A DNA stretch of 64,000 nucleotides. It comes from Vicinamibacterales bacterium (lineage in GTDB: Bacteria; Acidobacteriota; Vicinamibacteria; Vicinamibacterales; UBA2999). The notes beneath the pieces are model-generated. The model made no database searches and was not told where the DNA came from. It saw only the letters and a list, made by a program, of their open reading frames with translations. Below are positions 34,213 through 43,203 of this stretch, piece by piece. Positions within the stretch are counted from its first letter, which is position 1. The number at the start of each line of letters is the position of its first letter. The translations under genes and the position numbers were made by a program. Where the stretch lies: positions 9,353 to 73,352 of the forward strand of contig DASRJR010000174.1 of assembly GCA_035649395.1 (NCBI GenBank), given 5' to 3'.

Positions 34213-36936
34213 ATGAACCGCCCGACCCTCTTCCTCATCGATGGCAGCTCGCAGATGTACCGCGCGTATCACGCCTTTCGCGGACGCGGGCTCTCGAATC
34301 AGGAAGGTCAGACGACACACGCGGTCTACGTGTTCGTGACCATGCTGCGCAAGCTCATCGCCGATCACCATCCGACGTATCTCGCCGCCTCGTTCGACCT
34401 CGCCGGTCCGACGTTCCGCGACGACATCGTGGCCGACTACAAGGCGACGCGATCGGCCATGCCCGACGACCTCGCCGAGCAGATCGCGTGGGTGCACCAG
34501 GCGTGCGAGGCGATGGGCGTCCCGATCATCACCGCGCCGGGCTATGAAGCGGACGATGTCATCGGCACGGTAGCGCTGCGGGCGGTCGAGGCTGGTTTCG
34601 AGGTGGCGATCGTCTCGATCGACAAAGATTTCTTCCAGCTCGTGCGCGATGGCGTCCGCATCTACGATCCCCGCGAAGACGGCGCCTGGTTCGACGAGGC
34701 CGGGGTCGTCGACAAGTTCGGCGTCAAGCCGACGCAGGTGATCGACGTGCTGGCGCTGGTCGGCGACACCAGCGACAACGTGGCCGGCGTGCCCGGTATC
34801 GGCAAGAAGGGAGCGATCGATCTCGTCACGGCGTTCGGCAGCCTCGACGCATTGCTGGAGCGGAGCGCCGAGCTGAAGCCGAAGCAGCGCGACGCGCTGC
34901 AGACGCACCGCGCCGATGCGATCACCAGCCGGCAGCTGGTCACGATTCGCACCGATGTACCGCTGATCGTCGACCTCGAATCGCTGCGGTATCGCGGCGC
35001 CACCCGCGAGCGCTGCTACGAGCTGTTCTCGCGGCTGGCATTTCGGACCTTGGTGGCCGAGTACGCGCCGACAGCGGACACGATCAAGAAGGACTACGTG
35101 GTGGTGACGTCGACGGATGCGCTCGACGCGCTCATCGCGGAGCTCGCGCAGGCGGGCGAATTCGCGCTGCGCGTCATCACGACGGCGACGACCACGATGC
35201 GAGCGGAGATCGTCGGTCTCGTCTTTTCCACGGGAGCCCGCCACGCGCGATACGTACCGATTGGGCACGATGACGGCGCGGTGGCCGATGGACTCGACCT
35301 CCTTGCCGCGGCGGCACGGCCGCCGCAGGTCGATCGGCAAGTGGCGCTCGATCGTCTCCGACCGCTGCTCGAGAACGAAGCAGTCCGCAAGCGCGGCCAC
35401 GATCTGAAGGCCGACACGGTCGTCCTGGCGCGCTGTGGCATTGCGTTGCGAGGCATCGATGTCGATTCGATGCTGGCGAGCTACGTCCTCGATGCGACGC
35501 GCCTCGGTGGACACGGGCTCGAGGACCTCGCACTCGAGTACATCGGCTACAAGGCGCTTACCGAAGAAGACGTCTGCGGAAAGGGCGTGCGGGCGACGTC
35601 GATCGAGCGACTGGCACCAGAGGCGCTCCTCAACTACGTCGGCGAACGCGCCGATCTCGCCGGACAGTTGTCGGCGATCCTGTCGGCACGCCTGACGGTC
35701 GAGGAGCTGGTCCCGGTCTTTCGTGAGCTGGAGATGCCGCTGCTCCCCGTGCTCGCCGACATCGAGCAGCAAGGGATCCAGGTGGACGTCGCGGCGCTCG
35801 GTGAACAGTCCCGGCGGCTCGAACAGATGCTCGCCGAGTACACCGCTCGCATCTACGCGCTCTCGGGCGAGACGTTCAACATCAACTCGCCGCAACAGCT
35901 TGGCAAAATCCTGTTCGAGAAACTCGATCTCCCCGGGGCCAAGAAGACTGGGAAGACACGCTCGATGTCGACAGCTGCCGAAGTGCTCGAGGAACTGGCC
36001 CTCTCGCACGAGCTGCCGCGATTGATTCTGGACTGGCGCGGTCTGCAGAAGCTGAAGAGCACCTACATCGACGCGCTGCCGACGATGGTGCATCCGTCGA
36101 CCGGGCGGGTGCACACCAGCTTCAATCAGGCGGTTGCCGCCACCGGACGTTTGAGCAGCTCGGATCCCAATCTGCAGAACATCCCGATCCGCACGGAACT
36201 CGGACGTGAGATCCGGCGCGCCTTCATCGCCGCACCGGGGCACGTGCTGATCTCCGCCGACTACTCCCAGATCGAGCTGCGGGTGCTGGCGCACATGGCC
36301 GGCGAAGAGGCCCTCATCGAGGCATTCCGGTCAGGCGAAGACATCCACGAGCGGACGTCACAGAAGCTGTTCGGCCCGGCCAGCGGTCTCGATCCGCACG
36401 ACCTGCGCAGCAAGTCGAAGATGGTGAACTACGCCGTGCTCTACGGCAAGACGCCATTCACGCTGGCCAAGGACATCAATGTCACGCAGGAGGCGGCGCA
36501 GGAGTTCATCAACGCCTACTTCACTGGCTTTCCGCGCGTCCGAGCGTTCATCGATCGCACGCTCGAAGAGGCGCGCGTCAGCGGGGTCGTGCGCACGATG
36601 TTCGGCCGGCGCCGGATGACGCCGAACCTGACGAGCCGCAACTACCAGATGCGCGGTCAGGCCGAGCGCGAGGCGGTGAACATGCCGATTCAGGGGACCG
36701 CGGCCGACATCCTGAAGAAGGCGATGATCGACCTGCACGCCGACCTGCCGAAACGCGGGCTTCGCACGCGGATGATCCTCACCGTGCACGACGAGCTCCT
36801 GTTCGAGGCGCCGCGGGAGGAGGCCGGCGCCGCGGCGGCCGTCGTACGCGAGCGCATGGAACAGGCGGCGTCGCTGAACGTGCCGCTCACGGTCGATGTC
36901 GGCATCGGCGACAACTGGGACGACGCCAAGCCCTAG
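34213..36936 (+). CDS. polA: DNA polymerase I
   Basis: 5' nuclease N-terminus (LFLIDGSSQMYRAYHA), 3'-5' exo-like middle, polymerase motifs A (LISADYSQIELRVLAH), B (RSKSKMVNYAVLYG) and C (LTVHDELLFE). ATG 34213 preferred over GTG 34201. Confidence 0.95.
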   Translation: MNRPTLFLIDGSSQMYRAYHAFRGRGLSNQEGQTTHAVYVFVTMLRKLIADHHPTYLAASFDLAGPTFRDDIVADYKATRSAMPDDLAEQIAWVHQACEAMGVPIITAPGYEADDVIGTVALRAVEAGFEVAIVSIDKDFFQLVRDGVRIYDPREDGAWFDEAGVVDKFGVKPTQVIDVLALVGDTSDNVAGVPGIGKKGAIDLVTAFGSLDALLERSAELKPKQRDALQTHRADAITSRQLVTIRTDVPLIVDLESLRYRGATRERCYELFSRLAFRTLVAEYAPTADTIKKDYVVVTSTDALDALIAELAQAGEFALRVITTATTTMRAEIVGLVFSTGARHARYVPIGHDDGAVADGLDLLAAAARPPQVDRQVALDRLRPLLENEAVRKRGHDLKADTVVLARCGIALRGIDVDSMLASYVLDATRLGGHGLEDLALEYIGYKALTEEDVCGKGVRATSIERLAPEALLNYVGERADLAGQLSAILSARLTVEELVPVFRELEMPLLPVLADIEQQGIQVDVAALGEQSRRLEQMLAEYTARIYALSGETFNINSPQQLGKILFEKLDLPGAKKTGKTRSMSTAAEVLEELALSHELPRLILDWRGLQKLKSTYIDALPTMVHPSTGRVHTSFNQAVAATGRLSSSDPNLQNIPIRTELGREIRRAFIAAPGHVLISADYSQIELRVLAHMAGEEALIEAFRSGEDIHERTSQKLFGPASGLDPHDLRSKSKMVNYAVLYGKTPFTLAKDINVTQEAAQEFINAYFTGFPRVRAFIDRTLEEARVSGVVRTMFGRRRMTPNLTSRNYQMRGQAEREAVNMPIQGTAADILKKAMIDLHADLPKRGLRTRMILTVHDELLFEAPREEAGAAAAVVRERMEQAASLNVPLTVDVGIGDNWDDAKP

Positions 36937-36939
36937 AGC

Positions 36940-37695
36940 CTAGCGTTTCAGTCTATCCGTCCATATCGCAGCCGCCTCCGTCAGATCGACGAACAGGGCA
37001 ATGCTCTTGACCCAATCGCTCGAGACGCGGCCGTCATGACCGGGGGCGCCACCAAAATTCTGGAAATTGAAACCGGCGGGAAAGTTCAGCAAGCCGAATC
37101 TCGCGATGGCGGCATCAACTTTCCAGCTCCTCGGCAGCCGCAAACGAAAGTCGAAGCGTATCGGTTCCAGTAGGGTCCCGGTCTCGGGCTCAAAGCCTTC
37201 CGAGCTTAACCAATACACGCCGGCTCCGAACCCGTAGTCGAGGCGAAAGAGACCTTTGTCGACGACCGGAAACATCACCGCCGGCTCCAGCGTCGTCAGG
37301 TGGATTCTCTTGCCGTTCGCGAAGTCAGGGATCTCGCCTCGCGCAGCTTGATCTTCGTACTTCTTCGTACGCAGGAACCGCGCGCCGAGGTCGAACATGA
37401 CGCGCTCTCGCTCTTTTTGAGCATCGCCCCTGCTCCTGTTGCCCCTGGCCACCCGACACACCGACAGGATCGCGCCAACTGGGCCCGACGTCCGGATTTC
37501 GGTCCTCTCCTGTTTGGTCGGGGTGGTTTGGTCCTCGGTCCGGACAACGCAGAAAAGGCGCAGCTGGATGTCCCAGCCGTAGAAAGGACCCGGACCGCTG
37601 GCGTGCTCGACGCCATCCCACCACGCAAACGCCTCGGACGCACAGACCGCTTGAAGAATCATCGTACAGACGATGATCGTGCTGACGCGGCGCAT
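36940..37695 (-). CDS. secreted hypothetical protein (possible small beta-barrel)
   Basis: Signal peptide MRRVSTIIVCTMILQAVCASEAFA and alternating-pattern C-terminal half. Starts 75 nt downstream of the Ser/Thr kinase gene on the same strand. Confidence 0.5.
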   Translation of the reverse strand: MRRVSTIIVCTMILQAVCASEAFAWWDGVEHASGPGPFYGWDIQLRLFCVVRTEDQTTPTKQERTEIRTSGPVGAILSVCRVARGNRSRGDAQKERERVMFDLGARFLRTKKYEDQAARGEIPDFANGKRIHLTTLEPAVMFPVVDKGLFRLDYGFGAGVYWLSSEGFEPETGTLLEPIRFDFRLRLPRSWKVDAAIARFGLLNFPAGFNFQNFGGAPGHDGRVSSDWVKSIALFVDLTEAAAIWTDRLKR

Positions 37696-37770
37696 TGCTA
37701 TCCTCCATCGGCCGAAGCCGTGTTGTGGCAGACCTGCCAGTGCGACTCAGGGAGTCGGCGCGGAACCCGG

Positions 37771-39657
37771 TCACTTCGAGCGTTCGAAATGCTTGAATAT
37801 GCTTTCCCGGATACCCAGGGGAACGATCGCAGGGTCATTCTTCGCGACGATGCGATTGCGTGGGGGCTGAAGCGTTGCGCAAAACAGCAAATCCTGACTC
37901 GCGCGCTCGCCGACGATGTAGCAACGATGTCCCTTCCATGTCACTGTGTCGAACACGTCGTTGAAGTACAACAACCTGTACGGAAAGTGGAGAAGTGTCA
38001 GCGCGCAGACCGTCGCCGCAGCCCCTGCAGCGACGACCCCCCAATGAATTGTCTGGCCCCTTCTTACGAGCTTCCAAACTGGATACCAGACAACGACGGT
38101 TACAATCGCGACAACCGCGAAGACTTGCCGGTAATGATTGTGATCAAACACGAAATCGTGAGAGAGCCGCCAGAGCTGGTCATCCGTGTCCATCTGCAGC
38201 GGCACGGCAAGCAGGACCACCAGCAAGGGTGCGAGAGACCAACAGGCCCAGACGACGGCGGCGGCGGAGACGATCAGCGCACAGGACGCGAGCACCGGCG
38301 CCTCGTCGAGTCGGAACCGATGAGCCGCTGACCGAAGCCATCGTCGAACGGAGTCGTCGATCGTTCGCACATGTGATGAAACCGCCACGGCCACACGACG
38401 GGCCACTACGAGCGCTGATAGCGGTACGAGACCCATCAGCAGAATCACCAAGGTCCCGACGTTGGCCTTTTGTCCCCAAACGAACCAATCCAACGGCGTT
38501 TCGTTCATGAACCCGGAACGCGCCAACATCAGATTGAACCATCCCGACGCCAGAAAGCCGATCGCAGTAACCCCAATGAGCAGGACAGCGACTGCAATGA
38601 ATGGCCTCGCGATCGCCCACAGCCACGGATGCGGGCCGACTTTGAGTGCACTGAGCGCCGCGAGCAGCTCGCTTGGGTTCGTGTAGCGTTCCTGCGGATC
38701 GAGCGCAATCGCACGCTCGACGACCTGCATGAAAGCGACCGGTAAATCGGGCCGCCGCTCGCTCAGCCAGCGATGCTGCCGTTTCGCGTGCGCCTGGTGC
38801 AATTCGTCGATCGTGCGGGCATCGACTGGATACTGTCCCGACACGAGGAAGTAGAGCAGGACGCCCAGGCTGTAGACGTCACTCGACGCGGAGGCGGGCT
38901 CACCTTCGAGGACCTCAGGCGCCATGTACAGCGGCGTGCCGGCCCGATCGCCGAACGTCCCCGGACGATCCGCCATTCGCCCGGTGCCGAAGTCCATCAG
39001 AACGATGCGGCCCCTCGCGTCGCGCATCACGTTCTTGGCCTTCACGTCGCGATGGATGTAGCCGGCGCCATGCACCGCCGCCAGCGCGCGGCACAGATCC
39101 TCGCCGATCCCGATCGCCTCGCGTGCGCTGAGCGTGCCGCGCAGGATGACTTCGTCGAGCGTCTGTCCTTCGACGAACTCCATGCACAACGCCGCCCGAT
39201 CCTCGTGCGCCTCGACGCCAAACACCTGCACGACGTTGTTGTGACGGATGCGCGCGAGCGCGCGCCCTTCCTTGAGCAGCTTGTCCTTGAGACGGGTGTC
39301 GCCGAACCGGACGTGCAGGATCTTCATCGCGACGTCGCGTTCCAGGTCGGAGTCCCAGGCCCGGTACACGGCGCCGTAGCTGCCCGCACCGACGCGATTC
39401 GCCAGCCGGTACTTCCCCCACACGTCGGGCACGCCGGCGCTGAGCGGGGGCAGCGGCATGCTGACCGCCGTCGGCATCTCGGTCATCAGATTCAGCGCGT
39501 CGACACGATGCAGGTTCGCGACGTCGCTGATGATGCGCAGGCAGTTCAGGAAGCGGTTGTCGCCCGCCGCCACGGTGCCGCCGTGAATGGCACCCCAGTC
39601 GACGGACATCCCGTCCGCGATGTGCTCGATGACTTCGTCGAGGACCGCTTCAGACAT
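37771..39657 (-). CDS. Ser/Thr protein kinase with a ~55-aa N-terminal module and a ~300-aa polytopic membrane C-terminal domain
   Basis: Gly-loop GAGSYGAVY, VAMKIL lysine, catalytic loop HRDVKAKN, DFG, APE. About six hydrophobic helices follow residue ~335. Confidence 0.9.
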   Translation of the reverse strand: MSEAVLDEVIEHIADGMSVDWGAIHGGTVAAGDNRFLNCLRIISDVANLHRVDALNLMTEMPTAVSMPLPPLSAGVPDVWGKYRLANRVGAGSYGAVYRAWDSDLERDVAMKILHVRFGDTRLKDKLLKEGRALARIRHNNVVQVFGVEAHEDRAALCMEFVEGQTLDEVILRGTLSAREAIGIGEDLCRALAAVHGAGYIHRDVKAKNVMRDARGRIVLMDFGTGRMADRPGTFGDRAGTPLYMAPEVLEGEPASASSDVYSLGVLLYFLVSGQYPVDARTIDELHQAHAKRQHRWLSERRPDLPVAFMQVVERAIALDPQERYTNPSELLAALSALKVGPHPWLWAIARPFIAVAVLLIGVTAIGFLASGWFNLMLARSGFMNETPLDWFVWGQKANVGTLVILLMGLVPLSALVVARRVAVAVSSHVRTIDDSVRRWLRSAAHRFRLDEAPVLASCALIVSAAAVVWACWSLAPLLVVLLAVPLQMDTDDQLWRLSHDFVFDHNHYRQVFAVVAIVTVVVWYPVWKLVRRGQTIHWGVVAAGAAATVCALTLLHFPYRLLYFNDVFDTVTWKGHRCYIVGERASQDLLFCATLQPPRNRIVAKNDPAIVPLGIRESIFKHFERSK

Positions 39658-40102
39658 GACCCATCTCGATCGCCAGCCGCTTGAGCGCGCGCGCGACGGC
39701 TCGCCGCGCGGCGATCGCTGCCTCGCGCGTCGTGCGGTAGTGATACCCGAGCACGGCCGCCAGATCGGTATAGCTGCTCAACAGCTCGAGCCGGCCAATC
39801 ACCGCGTGGCGTTCGGCGCGCTCCAGCTGTCGCAACGCGGCCTGATACTTCGCGGCCTGCGCCTCACCGACGACGACTTCGACCGTGGGCTCCTCGGTCG
39901 CATTCGCGGGCGGCTCCGAGGGCACGGGGATGTAGGTGGAATACGCGCTCAGCCGATAGAAGTTGGCGACGTCGTGGATGATTCGCAGATCGGCCGCCCA
40001 GGCGCTCTTGCCTTCTGCGGTCGCATGGCGCTCGACGGTGCGCCAGTCCACCGGTAAGCCGTCGACGATGTTCTCGATGGCCTGGTCGACGGCTTCAGAC
40101 AC
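39650..40102 (-). CDS. chimeric small protein: kinase-N-terminal-like module fused to a sigma70 region-4-like HTH
   Basis: Residues 1-53 align with kinase residues 1-54 (MSEAV, I-DG, VDW, LRII-DVAN). Residues ~78-150 align with the C-terminal region 4 of the upstream ECF sigma (IGRLE, Y-DLA-VLG, ALK-LA-EM). The GTG start overlaps the sigma stop (GTGTCTGA) and its stop overlaps the kinase start (ATGTCTGA). Confidence 0.7.
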   Translation of the reverse strand: MSEAVDQAIENIVDGLPVDWRTVERHATAEGKSAWAADLRIIHDVANFYRLSAYSTYIPVPSEPPANATEEPTVEVVVGEAQAAKYQAALRQLERAERHAVIGRLELLSSYTDLAAVLGYHYRTTREAAIAARRAVARALKRLAIEMGHV

Positions 40103-40811
40103 CGCGCATCTCCCTCGCCAGATGCTTCAACGCACGTGTCACGGCCATGCGCGCGGCATCCGCCGAGGGTCTGCCGAGCACGACGGCCAAGTCCTGATAG
40201 CTGTAGCCCATTTCCAGCCGGCCGATGATCGCTTCCTGCTCGTCCTCGCTGAGTCGTTCGAGCGCCCGGTCATACAGTTCGGCGTTCTCCTCGCCGATCA
40301 GCGCGTCGAGCGGGGACGTCGCTTCGTCTTTGAGCTCCTCGGAGAGTGCCGTTTGCATCGGGCGGCGACGGGTCATGCGGATGATGTCGCGAATCCGATT
40401 CATGACCGCCCTCCGCAGATACGCCTGCAGCGCGCCCTGGTGGCGCGGTTCGAACGTGCCCAGGTTGCGCATCGCGCTGATGACGGCGTCCTGAACGATA
40501 TCGGCCGTCTCGTTCATGCCGCGTGAGGCTGGCGGCAGCCGGCCGTGCGCCCACCGCTGCAGCGGCGGAAGACAGCGCTCGAGCAGGCGATCGAGCGCCT
40601 CGCCGTCGCCCGCCTTGGCGAGCTGCAGCAGTTCGACTGTGGTTTCCGGGTCGAGTGGCGGCTCGCTGGTGGAGCTGCCGAGGGACCCGTAGTCGGGTGT
40701 CATATCGGGACCATCCACTGGATGGTCGCGCCCGCATGATACCTTCGCGGGCGGTACGTCCGGAACGGGGGTCGGCAGCGTCTTTCGGCGGACGAGTGGG
40801 ACGAGTGCCAT
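40095..40811 (-). CDS. ECF-type RNA polymerase sigma factor (Sigma70_ECF / TIGR02999-like)
   Basis: ELLQLAKAGDGEALDRLLERCLPPLQRWAHGRL, DIVQDAVISAM, LQAYLRRAVMNRIRDIIR (region 2), and region 4 LSEDEQEAIIGRLEMGYSYQDLAVVLGRPSADAARMAVTRALKHLA. The true start may be Met37 (ATG at 40701-40703). Confidence 0.85.
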   Translation of the reverse strand: MALVPLVRRKTLPTPVPDVPPAKVSCGRDHPVDGPDMTPDYGSLGSSTSEPPLDPETTVELLQLAKAGDGEALDRLLERCLPPLQRWAHGRLPPASRGMNETADIVQDAVISAMRNLGTFEPRHQGALQAYLRRAVMNRIRDIIRMTRRRPMQTALSEELKDEATSPLDALIGEENAELYDRALERLSEDEQEAIIGRLEMGYSYQDLAVVLGRPSADAARMAVTRALKHLAREMRGV

Positions 40812-40892
40812 CGTAGTGGCCCTGATACCTCGGGCTCACTGACTACAACGTCAGTCTTCGCCAGTCCGAACGTAGGGGGAATCGCGAGAAAA

Positions 40893-41744
40893 TTACCGGG
40901 GATCCGGACGGGTGGGCCACTGCTGCTTCACCAATTCCCACTCGGCGCGCAGGGACGCCACCGCTTCCTGCGGGTCCCGCGCCATCAGACGGGAACGCTC
41001 GGGAATCAGCGCCTGCTGCACCAGACGTTCGAGGTCGGCGCGAAGGCTCTCGGCCGTCTCGGGCGAGAGCGTCGAGACCACCCAGGCGGCGACCGCGGCG
41101 TCCCAGGCGGCCTCGAGGTCGCCCGCACCCCGAGCGGCGACCGCCAGCCAGTAGTTGGCCACACTGCTCCCGGGGTCCTGACGCCGCTCCTCGCTCATTC
41201 TGGCGGCAATGCGGTCGAACAGCGCCCGGCGTCGATCCGCCGGCCGCGTCTGTGCCTCCCGATCCAGGGCGGTCGCCCACCAATCGAGGAGCAGCAGGCG
41301 ATCCTTTGCCGACAACAGCGAGGCCTGCGTGAGCGCGGTGTCGAACAGATCGGCGGCCGCGCCGTACTTCTCGCCGTGGTAGAGCGAGAGGCCGAGGCCG
41401 ATGAACAATTCGACGCGATCGCGCGGCATCAGCGCGGCCAGATGGATCGCCGTGAAGGCTTCCCGCGCCGCTTCCAGATCCTTCGCATCGGCGCGCTGAC
41501 GATAGAGCTCGATGTACGAGCGGCCGATGACGAGCGCCGACGGGTCGGCCCATCCGGCTTGGCGTCGAGCCACCGCAGCCGCGTCGATCGCGCCCTCGTA
41601 GTTGCCCTCGTTGTACAACGCCCGCGCTTTGGCCAGCGCAGGAGGCTCGGCGGCACGCGCAGTGCCGGTCACCGCACAGAGCAGCAACACCACGACGCCG
41701 CTTGCCCTCAGCCGTCCGGTCGCCATGCGGGCATCGTAGCGCAT
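40893..41744 (-). CDS. secreted TPR-like repeat protein
   Basis: Signal peptide (VVVLLLCAVTGTARA), then helical repeats such as LAKARALYNEGNYEGAIDAA. Confidence 0.55.
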   Translation of the reverse strand: MRYDARMATGRLRASGVVVLLLCAVTGTARAAEPPALAKARALYNEGNYEGAIDAAAVARRQAGWADPSALVIGRSYIELYRQRADAKDLEAAREAFTAIHLAALMPRDRVELFIGLGLSLYHGEKYGAAADLFDTALTQASLLSAKDRLLLLDWWATALDREAQTRPADRRRALFDRIAARMSEERRQDPGSSVANYWLAVAARGAGDLEAAWDAAVAAWVVSTLSPETAESLRADLERLVQQALIPERSRLMARDPQEAVASLRAEWELVKQQWPTRPDPR

Positions 41745-41775
41745 TGCGGTGCTGACGACCTACAATTTGACTTTG

Positions 41776-43095
41776 ATGAGTGAGCCGGTTGTCCTGGCGC
41801 GCGAAGCGCATTCGATCTCACGCAAACAGATCGACCCGGACGCGCTCAAAGTCCTCTACCGCCTGCATCACAACCAGTTCATCGCCTACCTGGTTGGCGG
41901 CAGCGTGCGCGATCTGCTGCTCGGACGAACGCCGAAAGACTTCGATATCGGCACGTCGGCGCATCCGTACCAGGTCAAAAAGCTGTTCAAGAACTGCTGG
42001 ATCATCGGCCGTCGATTCCGTCTGGCCCACGTGCGCTTTGGCACCAAGACGATCGAGGTCGCCACATTTCGCCGACCGCTCGGGCCCGAGGACATCGAAC
42101 CGCTCGACGCTCCCGCGGAACCGGCGTCGGACGGTCACCTTCCTGACGCCGACACCGCGCTCGACGCCGGAGCGGCCGATCGTCTCGTGCACCGCGACAA
42201 CACCTTCGGCACGCCGGAAGAGGACGCGTTCAGGCGCGACTTCACCATCAACGCGCTGTTCTACGACATCGGCACGTTCTCGATCATCGACTACACGGGT
42301 GGTCTGGCCGACTTGCGCGACGGTCTGATCCGGTGCATCGGCGACCCACGAGAGCGCTTTCAAGAAGATCCGGTCCGCATGCTTCGCGCGGTGGCGATGG
42401 CGGCACGGCTCGACTTCCGGATCGATCCGCCAATCGACGACGCGATCGCGACCACTCGCGGGGAAATCGCGCGCAGCGCCCCCGCCCGTCTGATCGAAGA
42501 GCTCTACAAGCTCATGCGCTCGGGATCGTCCGCGCGTGCGTTTCAGATGCTGGCCGAGCGAAGCCTGCTCGAGCCGATCGCGCACGAGCTGCAGGCGCAC
42601 GCGAAGCCCCGGCTGTGGCAGTCGCTCGGCGCGCTCGACAATTATCGCCGCCGCTTCGACAGCATCCCCGACACCCTCACGAATTCGATCCTGCTCGGCT
42701 CGCTGATCGTTCCGCTCGGTCATTCTCTGCAGTCGTTGACGCCGCCGGGATCCGATGGCGATCCGCGAAAGGAACCGCGTCTGTCGCTCGGGATGCTGCC
42801 GATGGCGAGGCGCGACGTGGAGCGATTGCGACAGATCCTCGGACTGCAGCGACGGTTGATGGACACGACGCTGTCGCCGCGGGCGCGGCGCGCCTTGATG
42901 CATCGCGGTCCGTTCCGCGACGCGCTCACGTGGCTCGAAATCCACGGCCAGTCGCCGGAAGCGGTGGAACACTGGCGCGGGTTCATCGAGGCCGCCGGAA
43001 CTTACGAAGACGAGGCCCAGAAAGACGCGCATCGTCCGAGGCGGCGCCGCCGGCGTCGTGGCCGGCGTGGGCCGTTCCGGCAAACGCCGTCTTAG
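41776..43095 (+). CDS. pcnB: poly(A) polymerase I / tRNA nucleotidyltransferase family protein
   Basis: AYLVGGSVRDLLLGRTPKDFDIGTSAHPYQVKKLFKNCWIIGRRFRLAHVRF, RRDFTINALFYD, and an Arg-rich C-terminus as in PcnB. Confidence 0.85.
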   Translation: MSEPVVLAREAHSISRKQIDPDALKVLYRLHHNQFIAYLVGGSVRDLLLGRTPKDFDIGTSAHPYQVKKLFKNCWIIGRRFRLAHVRFGTKTIEVATFRRPLGPEDIEPLDAPAEPASDGHLPDADTALDAGAADRLVHRDNTFGTPEEDAFRRDFTINALFYDIGTFSIIDYTGGLADLRDGLIRCIGDPRERFQEDPVRMLRAVAMAARLDFRIDPPIDDAIATTRGEIARSAPARLIEELYKLMRSGSSARAFQMLAERSLLEPIAHELQAHAKPRLWQSLGALDNYRRRFDSIPDTLTNSILLGSLIVPLGHSLQSLTPPGSDGDPRKEPRLSLGMLPMARRDVERLRQILGLQRRLMDTTLSPRARRALMHRGPFRDALTWLEIHGQSPEAVEHWRGFIEAAGTYEDEAQKDAHRPRRRRRRRGRRGPFRQTPS

Positions 43096-43119
43096 TGGAG
43101 CGTATTTCCCAAATCGTTA

Positions 43120-43144
43120 CCGGCCACGACGTTATCGTGGCCGG
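43120..43144. terminator. 10-bp-stem hairpin between convergent pcnB and serC
   Basis: CCGGCCACGA-CGTTA-TCGTGGCCGG, 25 nt after the pcnB stop. Confidence 0.7.
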
Positions 43145-43203
43145 CGGATCGCGGTCGAGGCTCGTTTTGTGCGGTACTCTGCCAGTTGACACTGTCCACT
43201 GGT

